Origin: an uncultured Gemmatimonadaceae bacterium
GTDB lineage: Bacteria; Gemmatimonadota; Gemmatimonadetes; Gemmatimonadales; Gemmatimonadaceae
DNA length: 64,000 nt
Direction of reading: 5' to 3'
Assembly: GCA_963817955.1 (NCBI GenBank)
Contig: CAWFQK010000002.1
Coordinates: 64,001-128,000, forward strand
Positions 53,208-64,000 of this stretch are shown piece after piece. The first letter of the stretch is position 1. The number at the start of each line of letters is the position of its first letter. The notes beneath the pieces are model-generated. The model ran no database searches. It saw only the letters and a program-made list of their open reading frames with translations, and had not been told where the DNA came from. The translations under genes and the position numbers were made by a program.

Positions 53208-54121
53208 TCATGATTTGCTCGACTTCATTTCGTCGATGCGCCGGTTGATGGAATCAGGCACGAACATGTCATCCGAGCACTGCGCGATCTCGGCCGCCTC
53301 GCGCCACGCCTGCGTGAGCAGCGCGAGCTCGCCTTCCATCGCGCGCCGCTCGCTCTCTTCAGGCGCCGCCATCTCCAACGCGAGTCGAACGTCGGTCGGC
53401 AGCATCCGGAGCGGCACCCCGTACTTGAGATTGCCCAGGCGGGTGTCGGCAGGATCGGGGTCGTGTACGGTCATATAGCCACCGGACAACGGGGAGATCC
53501 AGTCTCGACGGGACTCAGCGACCGAGCGCGCGGAAGGTCCGGCAAAGCGTAGGAAGAGCTGCCGCGTGTCCGGCGTATCCTCGAGCATTTGCACTGCCGC
53601 GCTCACGGTTTTCGACCGAGCCCCGCCGGCATTGAGGGCCGGCAGCAGCTTGCCCACCGCGACCAGCGCGTCGCGTCCGCGCAACTCGGCGGTATGCTCG
53701 GTGGCATGCTCGACATCGCGAATCACTATCTCGTTCGTGCGGATGCGCGCTCGTGCCGTGCGTCGCCGGAGCTCGCAGGGCACGTTCAGCTGCCAGTCAT
53801 CCTCGATGCGCACGAGCCTGACGTCCTCGAGGTGAGAGCCTCGGACCAGCACCGGCAAGTCACAGCCGGGAATGCGCACGCGGGTGCGGGCGCGACGTCG
53901 GTCGATGCGCGGAGCCGCGTTGCGTGGAACCGCCGCTCACATTCCTCGATCGCTTCCCACCGCTCCTCGATCGGCGTCAGGTTCCAGCGCTTGCACTTCC
54001 CACACACCACCCAGAGCCGCCCGTGCGCCGCGTCGAACGCGACGCGTCGGCCCACTGAGCACTGCTCAATGGTTTCGTTCTTTCCCAGGTTCGCGTAGCA
54101 CCAGATGCAGGCGGAATACAC
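53208..54121 (-). pseudogene. Hypothetical protein with N-terminal CxxC/CxxC zinc-finger, broken near 53880
   Basis: CIWC...CGKC N-part and RLALEMA..EE.ERRAMEGEL C-part lie in different frames. Confidence 0.6.
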
Positions 54122-54360
54122 GGAACGGAATCAATGGCCCATCCGGCTGTTGTGATAGAGTGCAGATCGATTTGCAGCGTTGCCCAGGGCAGCTTCGGAG
54201 ACCCTCCGCCATCGCCGAAGCCGATACGCTGCTGACGGTGCCCAACACGCTCCCCGTCGAATACAATGCACATGTCAGTGAATCGATCCTCACGCACGTC
54301 GCGCCCGCGCTCCGCTGGCGACAGACCTGCTGAGCCAGCGACTGCCTCCCCCATTTCTGC

Positions 54361-55991
54361 GTGACTCTCCTCTCGCTCTCCAACGTCGGCATCTCCTTCG
54401 GGGCGACAGAACTCTTCAAGAACATCACCTTCACCGTCGCCGAGCACGAGCGATGGGGCATCATCGGCCGGAACGGGGCGGGCAAACGTCGATCTTCAAC
54501 GTCATCACCGGCGATCTCGAGCCCACGGTGGGGAGCGTCGCGCGCAAGCCCGGGCTCCGGCACGCGTTGCTCGACCAGCACCGCGCATTCGAAGGCGCCA
54601 CGACGGTCTGGGAAGCTGGTGCGGCTGCATGGCGCGATGTGATCGCACTCGAGAAACGCATTGCCGGGCAGGCGATCGAATTGGGCGAGCTGGGCGAACG
54701 CGTCTCCGACGCGTTCCTCGAACGATTCGGCCACGATCAGGAGCGCTTCGCCGACCTCGGCGGCTACATCTATCACGCTCGCGTCGATGCGGTGCTGCAG
54801 GGCTTGGGCTTCGACGCCGAGGAGTCCAAGACACGGCTCGTTTCGACGCTCTCGGGTGGAGAGCGCGGCCGCGTCGGGCTGGCGGCGCAACTCATCGCGC
54901 CCGCCGACTTGCTACTGCTCGACGAACCGACCAACCATCTCGACCTCGACACGACGACGTGGCTTCAGGAATGGCTCAAGGAGGCCGACGAAACGGTCAT
55001 CAGTCGTCTCGCACGATCGCGCTTTCATGGACGCCATCTGCACGAACATCCTGCACATCGAAAGCGCGTACGAGCGAATCGCTACAAGGGCAACTACAGC
55101 CAGTTCGTGCCGCAGCGTGCCGAGCGACGGCTCACGCGCGAGCGGGAGATGGAGAAGCAGCGCGCGTACGTAAAGAAGGAAGAGGAGTACATTCGTCGGA
55201 ACATCGCGGGCGTCAACTCCTTTCAGGCGAAGGGTAAACGAAAGCGGCTGGAGCGGCTGCCGCGTCTTGCGCCGCCGCTGGGAGATCCCGCGGCGATGGA
55301 CGCTCACGTTCGAGATGGCCGAACGCGGCGGCGACCAGGTGGTCGCCGATGAAGGATCTGACCGTGTCGACGTGCCCGGCCGAGTTCTCGTGGACGACTT
55401 CACCGCGGTGTTGCGACGGAACGATTTCGTCGCGTTGATCGGACCGAATGGCGCGGGCAAGTCATCGTTCATCTCGACGATCCTTGGCGACCGCGCAGCG
55501 GCGAGTGGCGAGGTAAAGATCGGCGCATCGATCACCGCCGCGTGGTTTCGGCAGGACCTGTCAGCGACCTCCCTCTGCGGAAGACGATGTATCGGCGCAT
55601 CCAGGATCAGCGGCCGACGTGGAATCGCGGCCAGATGCAGAATCGTCTTGGTGCGTTTGGGTTCAGCGGCGACGAAGTCAACGCGAGATCGGCACGTTGA
55701 GCGGAGGGGAGCGGGCGCGCGTTGCGCTCGCACTCATGACACTCGCGAAAGCCAATCTCCTCATCCTCGACGAGCCGACAAACCACCTCGACGTCGAGAA
55801 CATCGAAGTGCTCGAAGACGCGCTGGAGGACTACGATGGCTACGGTGCTGCTGGTGAGTCACGACCGGGCCTTTCTGCGCGAGGTTGCGACGCGCGTCTG
55901 GGCATTCGATGGCGCGCAACTACGGGATTTCGATGGGCCGTTCGTCGAATGGGAGGCAGACCGCGCACGTCGCGCGGCGAAGGCGAAATAA
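54361..55991 (+). pseudogene. ABC-F family ATPase with multiple frameshifts
   Basis: Two Walker A (GRNGAGK, GPNGAGKS), two LSGGER, two DEPTNHLD and two SHDR motifs spread over all three frames. Confidence 0.88.
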
Positions 55992-56023
55992 TGAAAACGC
56001 TGCGTGACCGGCAGCTGCTCGGT

Positions 56024-58453
56024 TCAGCTCCGCAGTATGATCAGCGGATCGACCCGAGTTGCGCGAAAAGCCGGTCTTGCGCAGGCAACCACGACGACGG
56101 CGACCAGAACGGCTTCAGCGCTCAGCAGAGACATCCAGCCCAGGTCTTGCACCCCAAAGACTGACGATCTCATGGCGCGAACCACCAACAGGGAGAGAAG
56201 GAGACCGAGCGTCGATCCCACAATCAGCATGACGATCCCTTCGCGAAGGATCGGTCGGGCGACCTCTGTCACGTTTGCACCAAGTGCTCGACGGAGAGCG
56301 AGCTCGTGTCCTCGTTCGACCAATGCAGTGCTGACGATGCCAAAGAGGCCAATGGCGGCGAGGAGCAGCTCGAATGCTCCGCACGCCGCGAGAACCCACC
56401 CAAGAAACGCCTGCCTGCTTTGGAACAACGCGAGGTCGTCACCGACCCGATGGATCGGAGTGAATTTCGCGGTGGGCGCGACTGAGCGCAGCTCGCGTGC
56501 GATGGCCAACTCCGCGTTTCGAGAAGCCAGCGACCGCACCAGCAAGTGCGAGCCAGGCGCCGCAGCGTCGGAGCTCAGCACCATTAAAGATCCATTGTTC
56601 TGGATCTGCGGATCGTTCGGCGACAGGGTGAAAGGTCGGATCACGCCGATGATCGTGACTTGCGTCGCTGACGGCCTCGAACCACCCAGGCTGATGCGAT
56701 GGCCAACGATCTGACCACCCGGCAATAAGCGCCTTGCCAATACCTCATCGACGACAGCCACTTGACCGTCAGGATCTCCAGGGGCGAATGCTCGTCCCGC
56801 GACGAATTGCGTCCTGAGTACCGACGTCAGTTGCGGCGACACCACGTCATAGTTCGTCTGCGCAATCTCACGACCGGCGATGCCGATACGCTCGCCCGCT
56901 AGCCGCGTGCTGAACTGGAACCCGGCGGCTTGTGTCGTGGGCGACGATGCAACGGCGCTCAGCATTTGCTGATTCTGTTCGAGCGTTGCTTGGTAGGTTT
57001 GCTCGTCGGCCTGCGAAACAGGCCCAGTCGGAAGCTCGCGGCGCCCAACGGGCGGCCGCGCAACCCTTCCGAACTGATTCACCGTGGTCTGATACAGGCC
57101 CTCGAAATCCACGGCGAGGTGCGGGTCGCTTGCGTGCCGTAGGGAGCCAAAGACCGCGGAGGTTGCTACGACGAACGCCAATGAGATCGCCAGCTCGACG
57201 GCAAGGAATGCCCGATACCCAAACTTGCGTCTGCCGATCACGGTACTGCTCAAGTCCCGCAGTGGCTCGACAAGGTCGACCCGAGATCCCAATATTGCCG
57301 GCACAGCGCCGATGAAGGCGACGCTCGCGACGACGAGGGCGAGCCCGAACCCGAAGACTCGTGCGCTCAACGTCGGCTGACGAAAGAAGATCTGAAGCGC
57401 GGCCGGCATCCGGTCGTTGATGAGCCAAACAGACCAGACCGTGAACAGGTACGCCAGGAGCGTCCCGATTGCGACGATGATCATCCATTCGACGAGCAGC
57501 GTCATGATCAGCTGAGGTCGCGTCGCACCGAGCGAAGCACGCAGGGCCAACTCTCCGCGCCTGCGCGTCGCACGGACAATACTGAGACTGGCAAGGTTGC
57601 AGCACGCGAGCAGGACGACGATTGCCGACGCGATCGTGAGAAGGACCTGAGGGACCGCTGCGCCGTTCTGTGCGGCTTGTAGCGGAACGACAAGCGCCTC
57701 GGGACGTCGATCCACCGTCGGACGAACGCGACCTGCCAACCCCACCAGGCGCGCTCCGAGCACGTTCAAGTTTGCTTGCAGTTGCGGTCGACTGAGTCCA
57801 GGCCGAACGCGAACGTATCCCCTCACCGACTCGGTGCTATCGAGCGGCGCGTTCCGGCGGTGCAGTACCCAGGCTTCGGCCGCGACAGCGCCGGCGAACG
57901 CGCGCGGCGCGACACCGATGACGTGAAAAAGCGTGTCATTCAGGCGAAGCACGCAGCCGCCGGGGGTTGGACGTGTTTCACACTCCCGTTGCCAGAGACT
58001 CTCACCGATCACAATGGCATTGTCGGCGGCCGATGAATCGGCGGATACGAAGAACCGACCCGACCGCGGCGTGACACCCAGGACTTGAAAGAAATTGACT
58101 CCGACGTGTGCCAGCTCGGCGAGCCGTTGTTCCGTTTGCGTCTGCAGCAGTCGCGGGCCTTCCCACGCTTCGAAGGCAAAGCCGGATACCCCAGGAGTAC
58201 CGTCAACCAAGGACTGCAGCACTTCGGGTGCGACAACGAGTCCATGCTGACGATGGTCGACAAATGCTATCGTGTACAGATCGCGGGGCTGCGCGAACGG
58301 CGCTCGTGGATGAAGCACCGAATCGAGAACCGCGTACATCGTTCCGCTAATGGCAAGCGCAAGCCCAAGCGTGAGTGCAGCGGCGATGGCAAAGACCGGA
58401 TGCCGCCTCAAGTGCCGGGCGGCGAGTCGGAGCTCTCTTGCAAGACCGCGCAT
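56024..58453 (-). CDS. MacB/FtsX-type duplicated ABC permease (ADOP-like)
   Basis: 809 aa; LLACCNLA...[31 protein letters not shown]. Confidence 0.9.
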   Translation of the reverse strand: MRGLARELRLAARHLRRHPVFAIAAALTLGLALAISGTMYAVLDSVLHPRAPFAQPRDLYTIAFVDHRQHGLVVAPEVLQSLVDGTPGVSGFAFEAWEGPRLLQTQTEQRLAELAHVGVNFFQVLGVTPRSGRFFVSADSSAADNAIVIGESLWQRECETRPTPGGCVLRLNDTLFHVIGVAPRAFAGAVAAEAWVLHRRNAPLDSTESVRGYVRVRPGLSRPQLQANLNVLGARLVGLAGRVRPTVDRRPEALVVPLQAAQNGAAVPQVLLTIASAIVVLLACCNLASLSIVRATRRRGELALRASLGATRPQLIMTLLVEWMIIVAIGTLLAYLFTVWSVWLINDRMPAALQIFFRQPTLSARVFGFGLALVVASVAFIGAVPAILGSRVDLVEPLRDLSSTVIGRRKFGYRAFLAVELAISLAFVVATSAVFGSLRHASDPHLAVDFEGLYQTTVNQFGRVARPPVGRRELPTGPVSQADEQTYQATLEQNQQMLSAVASSPTTQAAGFQFSTRLAGERIGIAGREIAQTNYDVVSPQLTSVLRTQFVAGRAFAPGDPDGQVAVVDEVLARRLLPGGQIVGHRISLGGSRPSATQVTIIGVIRPFTLSPNDPQIQNNGSLMVLSSDAAAPGSHLLVRSLASRNAELAIARELRSVAPTAKFTPIHRVGDDLALFQSRQAFLGWVLAACGAFELLLAAIGLFGIVSTALVERGHELALRRALGANVTEVARPILREGIVMLIVGSTLGLLLSLLVVRAMRSSVFGVQDLGWMSLLSAEAVLVAVVVVACARPAFRATRVDPLIILRS

Positions 58454-58501
58454 GCCATTCTCCCACGAGAGAATTGTTAATTGTGCGCACCGATGCCGCC
58501 A

Positions 58502-58598
58502 TCGGAACTAATACATAGGACCACACTCATCGTCGGACATATTGGCCCTTGCGCTGACCCCCCAATTTCGGAACTAATATATAGGACTACGATCATCG
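58502..58598. repeat. Pair of AT-rich 31-bp direct repeats, 66-bp period
   Basis: TCGGAACTAATACATAGGACCACACTCATCG and TCGGAACTAATATATAGGACTACGATCATCG (27/31). Confidence 0.8.
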
Positions 58599-58599
58599 C

Positions 58600-59700
58600 A
58601 CAACGCGCGGCTGCCGAGACGGGATCGATCGCGGCAAGATCGAATGCGATCGTGGCGAGACGGGATCGATCGTGGCGAGCTGGAAGTCGATCGTGGCGAG
58701 AGGGGATCGATCGTGGCGAGAGGGAATGCGAATGTGGCGAGATGGAATGCGAGCGTGGCGAGACGGGATTCGATCGTGTCGAGATGGGATATCGGGTGAG
58801 ATGGAATGCGATCGTGTCGAGATGGGATTCGATCGTGTCGAGATGGGATCCTAACGCGGCGAGATGGCATCGCAACGCGTCAAGCAGGGATCGTCGCGCG
58901 CCAAGATCGGATCGCAACGCGCCAAGCAGGGATCGTCGCCTGCTCAGACGGAATCCCAACAGATCAAGCAAGGATCGTTGCGCGTCGAGACGGAATCGCA
59001 ACGGATCAAGCAGGGATCGTTGCGCGTCGAGACGGAATCGTAACGCGGCGAGCAAGGATCCCAGCGCGGTGAGCCAGGATCCTCGCGTGCCGAGCAGGCA
59101 TCGCAACTTGCCGAGGAGGGATGCGATCGCGTCGAGATCGCATCGCATCGCCGCGAGACGGCTCTCTTGCGTGCAGAGACGGCACCCCAACTCGCCGAGA
59201 CACAATCGGAGCGCATCGAGCTGAGCATCCCAACTCGTCGAGACACAATCGGAGCGCGGCGAGACGGCACTCCAACTCGTCGAGACACAATCGGAGCGCG
59301 GCGAGACGGCACTCCAACTCGTCGAGACACAATCGGAGCGCGGCGAGACGGCACTCCAACTCGTCGAGACACAATCGGAGCGCGGCGAGACGGCACTCCG
59401 GCGCGTCGAGCTGGAATCCGAACTCGCCGAGACGCAATCGGAGTGCGGCGAGAGAGCACTCCAACTCGTCGAGCTGGGATCGTAACTCGTCGAGCGGGCA
59501 CCCCAACGCCTTGAGACGGGATCCCAACGCCTCGAGCTGCCACGCCACCTCGCTGAGGCGGCCCCCCAACTCTCCGAGACGACACCTCACCTCGCTGAGG
59601 CGGCACCCCAACTCTCTGAGACGACACCCCAATTCTCCGAGACGATATCGCAACTCCTCAAGACCACAGCGCAACTCCCCAAGACCACACCGCAACCGCT
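58600..59700. repeat. Degenerate 21/42-bp tandem repeat array (~1.1 kb)
   Basis: GAGAC/GAGAT recurs every 21 bp; four perfect 42-bp units at 59230-59397. Confidence 0.92.
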
Positions 59701-59791
59701 CGAGGCGGATGTTCCCGTTTTTCGACCCCGGCGCGTCGGGCGCCCATCGGGGGGCAGGTCCATTTCGGCGCCCCGTTGGCCGGAAGGCCAC

Positions 59792-60191
59792 ATGAAATAC
59801 AACGAAGGCAGTAGGCTGGAAGCGCTCCGCCGCATCGACGACGCGACTGCTCGCCGCGGCGGCGGCGATGGGCGAGGCCGCGGCGCGCCACGTGGCGGTG
59901 TTCACGGCCAACGGGCTCCCGGCGGATTTCATCGCGCGGTTGGAGGCGTCCGCGCAGGCGCTTCAGACCGCCATTGACGGGCGAGCGGCGCAAACCGGGG
60001 TCCGAAGCGGGGCGACGGCATCCCTGACGTCAGCATCTGCGCTCACGCGCGCGCGGCACAAGCGGACGCCACCACGCAGGACACTACGCAAGGCACGACG
60101 CAGGGCACGACGGCGGCGCCAGCAACGCCGCCTGCAGCATCACCCCCTCCAGCACCGCAGTTGCCGGCGGTGTAACACGCCGCACCGGTAG
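59792..60191 (+). pseudogene. Fragmented hypothetical helical protein
   Basis: MKYNEGSRLEALRRI then a frame change to AAAMGEAAARHVAVFTANGLPADFIARL. Confidence 0.35.
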
Positions 60192-60458
60192 TTCACACTC
60201 CGCAGTAGACGCGAACGGCCGCCCGAGGGCAGCCGTTCGCGTTCGAAAGTGGCGGGTCGATGACATCGGGCGTTTCATGATCTTCATTGGCCCAATCAGC
60301 TCCATCTTCGACATCTGCACCTTCTCGCCGCGCGTGCATCACGCTCGCTTTGCGCGCCGCCATCCGATCGAAGCCTCCGCAGGTCCACTCGACTGCCGCG
60401 ATTCGACCGGTGGTGGAGCGACGAGCATTCGCCGCTGCACGGCGTGGTACGTTTCGCC

Positions 60459-60905
60459 ATGTCTATCCAACGGAATTCGGCAAACACCGCACTCTGCTGT
60501 CGTTCGTGCACGGCGATCGCATATTTGCTTCTCGCGTTTGCCGCGCTCCCAGTCCAAAGCTGCGTCACAGGTACCTTCATTCATGTTGAGCCCGGGTCGA
60601 CCGCAGATTCACTGGTATTTCGAGTCGGGGGTGAAGCTGCCGGCTCGAGTCCCCCGGCGATCATCTATGGATTCAGTGTCGTTCGATGCGGCACCGAAGT
60701 CTCTTTCTGGACAATCGCCTCGGACGGGACACGACGGTTTCCGGATCTGATCGTGTTCGGACAAGTCGTTCCGGGATATCCCCCACGCACGGGACCGCTG
60801 CGGTTGGTACCTGGCTGCTATGATGCGGTGGCAACCGGCGCACGGCCGCTCAGGTTCGATGTCGGTACGAAGCGAGACGTCGTCGAACGTGCAGTCCGAC
60901 CTTGA
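60459..60905 (+). CDS. Hypothetical exported protein or lipoprotein (start uncertain)
   Basis: Hydrophobic segment ending VQSC followed by a beta-rich domain. Confidence 0.5.
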   Translation: MSIQRNSANTALCCRSCTAIAYLLLAFAALPVQSCVTGTFIHVEPGSTADSLVFRVGGEAAGSSPPAIIYGFSVVRCGTEVSFWTIASDGTRRFPDLIVFGQVVPGYPPRTGPLRLVPGCYDAVATGARPLRFDVGTKRDVVERAVRP

Positions 60906-61061
60906 GCCGGCCCGTTGCGACTACTGGGATCGTGGCCGCCAGCGCGATCAAACCAGCCCTAGCCGAGGACGCGACCGTAGTCGCTCGTCCACAACGGAGC
61001 AATGCCACGACGTTCCCTGGATGTTTGGCATCGACGCGTGCCGCGCGTACTGGAGCATTCT

Positions 61062-61652
61062 ATGAGCGTGAGGCACGTCCTTATCGCGTGCGCAGCGTGC
61101 ACCGCTGCTCTTCTTGTCGACTATTGGGCGTACGTCCATGTCGTTGACCTAAGCGTCTATGACCATGACTGGGGCCGACTGCTTCGCGCCGTTGGTTTTT
61201 GGCCCACGTGGGCCGTAGCGGCGCTTGCCCTATGGTTGAACGATCGAAGCACCGTTCACGATGCGCGACGGCGCGCGCTACTTCTTGCCGCTTCGCCGGG
61301 CATCGCGGGCCTCATCGCCGAATCGCTCAAACTCGTTTTTCGGCGCGAACGACCCGACGCGGGCAACGGCCACTACGTGTTTCGCGCATTCGCTGACCAT
61401 CCCTTCTCATCCGCAGGGATTGGCTCACCCAGCAGCCACGCCGCGGTGGCGTTCGGCGGTGCCGCAATGCTGTCATTCCTGTTCCCTCGCACGCGATGGG
61501 TCTGGCTCGCGCTCGCTGCTGGATGCGGTGTGACTCGTGTGCTCGCACGCGCGCATTTCGCGAGCGACGTCGTGGTCGGGGCACTGGTCGGCTTGGCAAC
61601 GGCAACGTGGCTCCGACGTCGCGGATCATCCGTCGCGATCGAGGCCATCTAA
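61062..61652 (+). CDS. PAP2 family phosphatase
   Basis: KLVFRRERP, PSSHA, TRVLARAHFASD. Confidence 0.88.
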   Translation: MSVRHVLIACAACTAALLVDYWAYVHVVDLSVYDHDWGRLLRAVGFWPTWAVAALALWLNDRSTVHDARRRALLLAASPGIAGLIAESLKLVFRRERPDAGNGHYVFRAFADHPFSSAGIGSPSSHAAVAFGGAAMLSFLFPRTRWVWLALAAGCGVTRVLARAHFASDVVVGALVGLATATWLRRRGSSVAIEAI

Positions 61653-61733
61653 TCTAAGTTGCTCGCAGGGCGCGATCCCGGCGCCCTGCGAGCGCGATGC
61701 CATTAGGAGGATTTGCCTTACGATGAACCACCG

Positions 61734-61874
61734 CTATCGTTTCTGGGCTGTCTGGGCCGAGGCCGATGCCGACGCGTTTTGGGTGTGTTGCTTCTTCGTG
61801 TGTTGATCGAGCTCCTGTTGAGAATCCAAGTGCGCGCCACATATGCGGCAGTCGAATTCATGTGGGTGTGCCAT
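61734..61874 (-). CDS. 46-aa C2H2 zinc-finger mini-protein
   Basis: CRIC-x12-H-x4-H; purine-rich RBS GAGGAGAAGGA. Confidence 0.75.
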   Translation of the reverse strand: MAHPHEFDCRICGAHLDSQQELDQHTKKQHTQNASASASAQTAQKR

Positions 61875-62062
61875 CGTCCTTCTCCTCAGGCTGGGGCCGG
61901 TACAACACATCTCGCCCAAGATGTATCGTGCGCCGGCCGTCGTCTGTGAAAGCCGCATCATGTTCGGCACAGAACCAGCGGTGAAACGCCGCGTGCGGCG
62001 CGCGGCAGGAACGATTAGATACGAGATTCGCCAACGTATCTCCTTTTCATATCACCGACCGC

Positions 62063-62509
62063 ATGAATAATTCGTCGTCTCCATCCACCATCCGCGCCGC
62101 GCTAGACGGTGACGCTGCAGATCGCGTCGCCGTTTGGACCTCCGTGACGTGCGCCGTCCATTGCGCCTTGATGCCCCTCGTTCTGCCTCTACTCCCTTAT
62201 GCGTTGGGCGGCGTCGTGGGACAAGGTACCGAGCAGGTGTTTCGTGGTGCCGCTTTCGTGCTCGGTGTCTTGAGCCTCGGCCACTCTTATCGGGTTGTAC
62301 ACCGCCAATGGACGCCGCTCTTGCTGTTCGCCGCAGGAATGGCGCTGCTGTTCTTGGCCGCGACGCAGACCGCGATGCATCGCGGCCGCGAGATTGCGCT
62401 CGTGCTGATCGGCGCTTCGACTATCATCTCGGCGCACGTACACAATCTCCGGCTGCGTCGTGACCGGCGAGGTGCCGGCACCTGTGGCTGCGCCTGCCAC
62501 GAGGAGTAG
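62063..62509 (+). CDS. MerC domain membrane protein
   Basis: DR.....S..CAVHCA.MP, four TM segments, AH.HN, C-terminal CGCACH. Confidence 0.85.
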   Translation: MNNSSSPSTIRAALDGDAADRVAVWTSVTCAVHCALMPLVLPLLPYALGGVVGQGTEQVFRGAAFVLGVLSLGHSYRVVHRQWTPLLLFAAGMALLFLAATQTAMHRGREIALVLIGASTIISAHVHNLRLRRDRRGAGTCGCACHEE

Positions 62510-62650
62510 GTCCTCGTGTACGCAGAGTTCACGCAAACAAAACGCCCAGGCTAGGCCCAACACTCTTCACTTGCGGACGATCCGGATCAGAATACGGACT
62601 TGGTGGACCCGCCGTGGACCGTACCCGATTCACGCCTAGATTGTGGCCAT

Positions 62651-62704
62651 CGACGACACGAGCAGGAGGTCCGTGATGCCTGGAAGCGCCACTTTGGCCG
62701 TTGA
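62651..62704 (+). pseudogene. 3' remnant of a DUF4160 family gene
   Basis: RRHEQEVRDAWKRHFGR* overlapping the DUF2442 start. Confidence 0.6.
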
Positions 62705-62948
62705 GATCACGCACGTGTCACGGCACGGGTTCTGGCTTCTCCTCGACAACGAGGAGTTGCTCTTGTCGTTTGCGGATTTCCCGTGGTTTCGCCAAGCAAC
62801 GATTGACCAACTCCTGAACGTCGAGCGCCCGACCCCGGACCATTTGTATTGGCCGCAGCTCGACGTTGATCTCTCAGTTCGATCCGTGCGAGATCCGTCG
62901 GCGTTTCCCCTGGTCGCGCGAGTCAGGCGCGTTGCTGAAGGCGGCTGA
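62676..62948 (+). CDS. DUF2442 domain protein (putative antitoxin)
   Basis: VEITHVSRHGFWL, FPWF..A, HLYWP.LDVDL. Confidence 0.85.
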   Translation: MPGSATLAVEITHVSRHGFWLLLDNEELLLSFADFPWFRQATIDQLLNVERPTPDHLYWPQLDVDLSVRSVRDPSAFPLVARVRRVAEGG

Positions 62949-62979
62949 CGACCCACCACGCCACGGTCGCATAACACAA

Positions 62980-63012
62980 GAGCGCCGGCCGATCTACGAT
63001 CGGCCGGCGCTC
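62980..63012 (-). terminator. Rho-independent terminator after tRNA-Gly
   Basis: Perfect 15-bp GC-rich stem followed by TTGTGTTAT on the minus strand. Confidence 0.75.
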
Positions 63013-63029
63013 GAACCGGGTAGCAAAAG

Positions 63030-63101
<72 letters not shown>

Positions 63102-63375
63102 GTACTGTGAACATATCGCCGCAATCCCACCGGAGCAACACGCCCCGGCTAACACGGGCCCGACTGAAGCGTCTAGATATCGGCATATCGGCACCTGTGG
63201 AGCTCATCGTGAAATGATCGACCAGCGGTATCCTGGCGGCTGCCGAGTGCCAACGACAAGATCGTGCTCGTGTCGATCGGTATGTCGAATTGTCCGCCAG
63301 ATCGGCCGGATCGCGCGCGCTCAAGATCCGGTATCCGAATCTCCAACAGGTCTTCTGCCATTCATCTTGTATGAC

Positions 63376-63407
63376 ATGACAACGGCGCCCAATGGCGCCG
63401 TTGTCAT
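63376..63407 (-). terminator. 14-bp hairpin downstream of the OmpA gene
   Basis: ATGACAACGGCGCC-CAAT-GGCGCCGTTGTCAT. Confidence 0.6.
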
Positions 63408-63427
63408 CTGCGCGGCCAGCCGGCCCA

Positions 63428-64000
63428 TCACGGCATCGTTTCTGGCGCGGTCAGTGCGACGGCGCGCTGCCCTGCCGTCTCGATCACGAACACCACGCGT
63501 CGATTGAGCTCGGCACCCGGCTGATCGTGCGACGCCCCGGGCGCGACGAGCCGCGTCTTGCCATAGCCGATAGACGACACTTGGTCCTGCGGCAGCCCCT
63601 GGGCAATCAGATACTGACGCACGGCATCGGCGCGCCGGCGAGAGAGGTCGAGATTGTACCGCGCACTGCCGGCCGGATCGGCAAATCCTTCGATGGTCAC
63701 CTTCGATTGCGGATAGTACCGCCGCGCGATCCGGGCGAATCGCTGCAGCGATGCGACGTCCTGGTCGCGTACGGCGGCAGCGTTGAACGCGAAGTTCACG
63801 GGCATTGCGAAGTGGAGTCCGTCTTCCATGGCCGTGATCTTTGCGCCGAACTCGGTCTTCATGGCCTCGAGATCCGTGCGCAACGCCTGCACGTCGCCGC
63901 GCACGCCGCCGAGCTCCTGGCGCAGTGCACTGTCGGTGGCGACACGCTCGGCGCGTTCGCTGGCGATGGCAGAGGCATTGGCGTCGTTGGCACGACGCAG
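63428..64000 (-). CDS. OmpA family protein with coiled coil, 5' truncated by window edge
   Basis: Frame open to 64000; VNFAFN, EGFADPAG...YNL.LS.RRA, GYGK, NRRV. Confidence 0.9.
   Translation of the reverse strand: MRRANDANASAIASERAERVATDSALRQELGGVRGDVQALRTDLEAMKTEFGAKITAMEDGLHFAMPVNFAFNAAAVRDQDVASLQRFARIARRYYPQSKVTIEGFADPAGSARYNLDLSRRRADAVRQYLIAQGLPQDQVSSIGYGKTRLVAPGASHDQPGAELNRRVVFVIETAGQRAVALTAPETMP

Noticed and set aside
59230..59397. 42-bp repeats as a CRISPR array
   Set aside because: Units are contiguous with no unique spacers, and no cas genes are present

Overview
High-GC bacterial DNA; the gene families (orphan ADOP-type permeases, BlaI/M56 pair, ACIII) suggest Gemmatimonadota, which is an inference. 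(1) 1-19.9 kb is a co-directional, largely translationally coupled run: ThDP pyruvate oxidase-like, FAD/Fe-S oxidoreductase, SDR broken by one in-frame TAG, GH15 glucoamylase, a complete alternative complex III (actABCDEF) and a caa3-like heme-copper oxidase. Oxidase subunit I keeps all metal ligands but lacks the canonical D-channel Glu (GHPWVY) and K-channel Lys. (2) 20-38.7 kb, mostly minus strand: YihY, heptamer and REP-like repeats, Phd/VapC, blaI-M56-GT117, two TonB-dependent receptors behind a DUF2946/CruR-like leader, a LytS/LytTR pair with matching 21-bp-periodic boxes upstream of lytTR and one receptor, a TPR/Sel1 protein and a cytochrome c. (3) 38.7-63.1 kb is a ~24 kb accessory region between an intact tRNA-Gly(CCC) and a degenerate copy of its 3' half, with no visible integrase. 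It holds an ice-binding-like lipoprotein/OmpA/LuxR module, three TA loci, a split transketolase plus glycerate kinase, many deleted or mosaic gene fragments, a 1.1 kb 21/42-bp repeat array, a C2H2 zinc-finger mini-protein and MerC. No CRISPR array or rRNA was found. All family calls are from motif recognition by eye; no searches were run.
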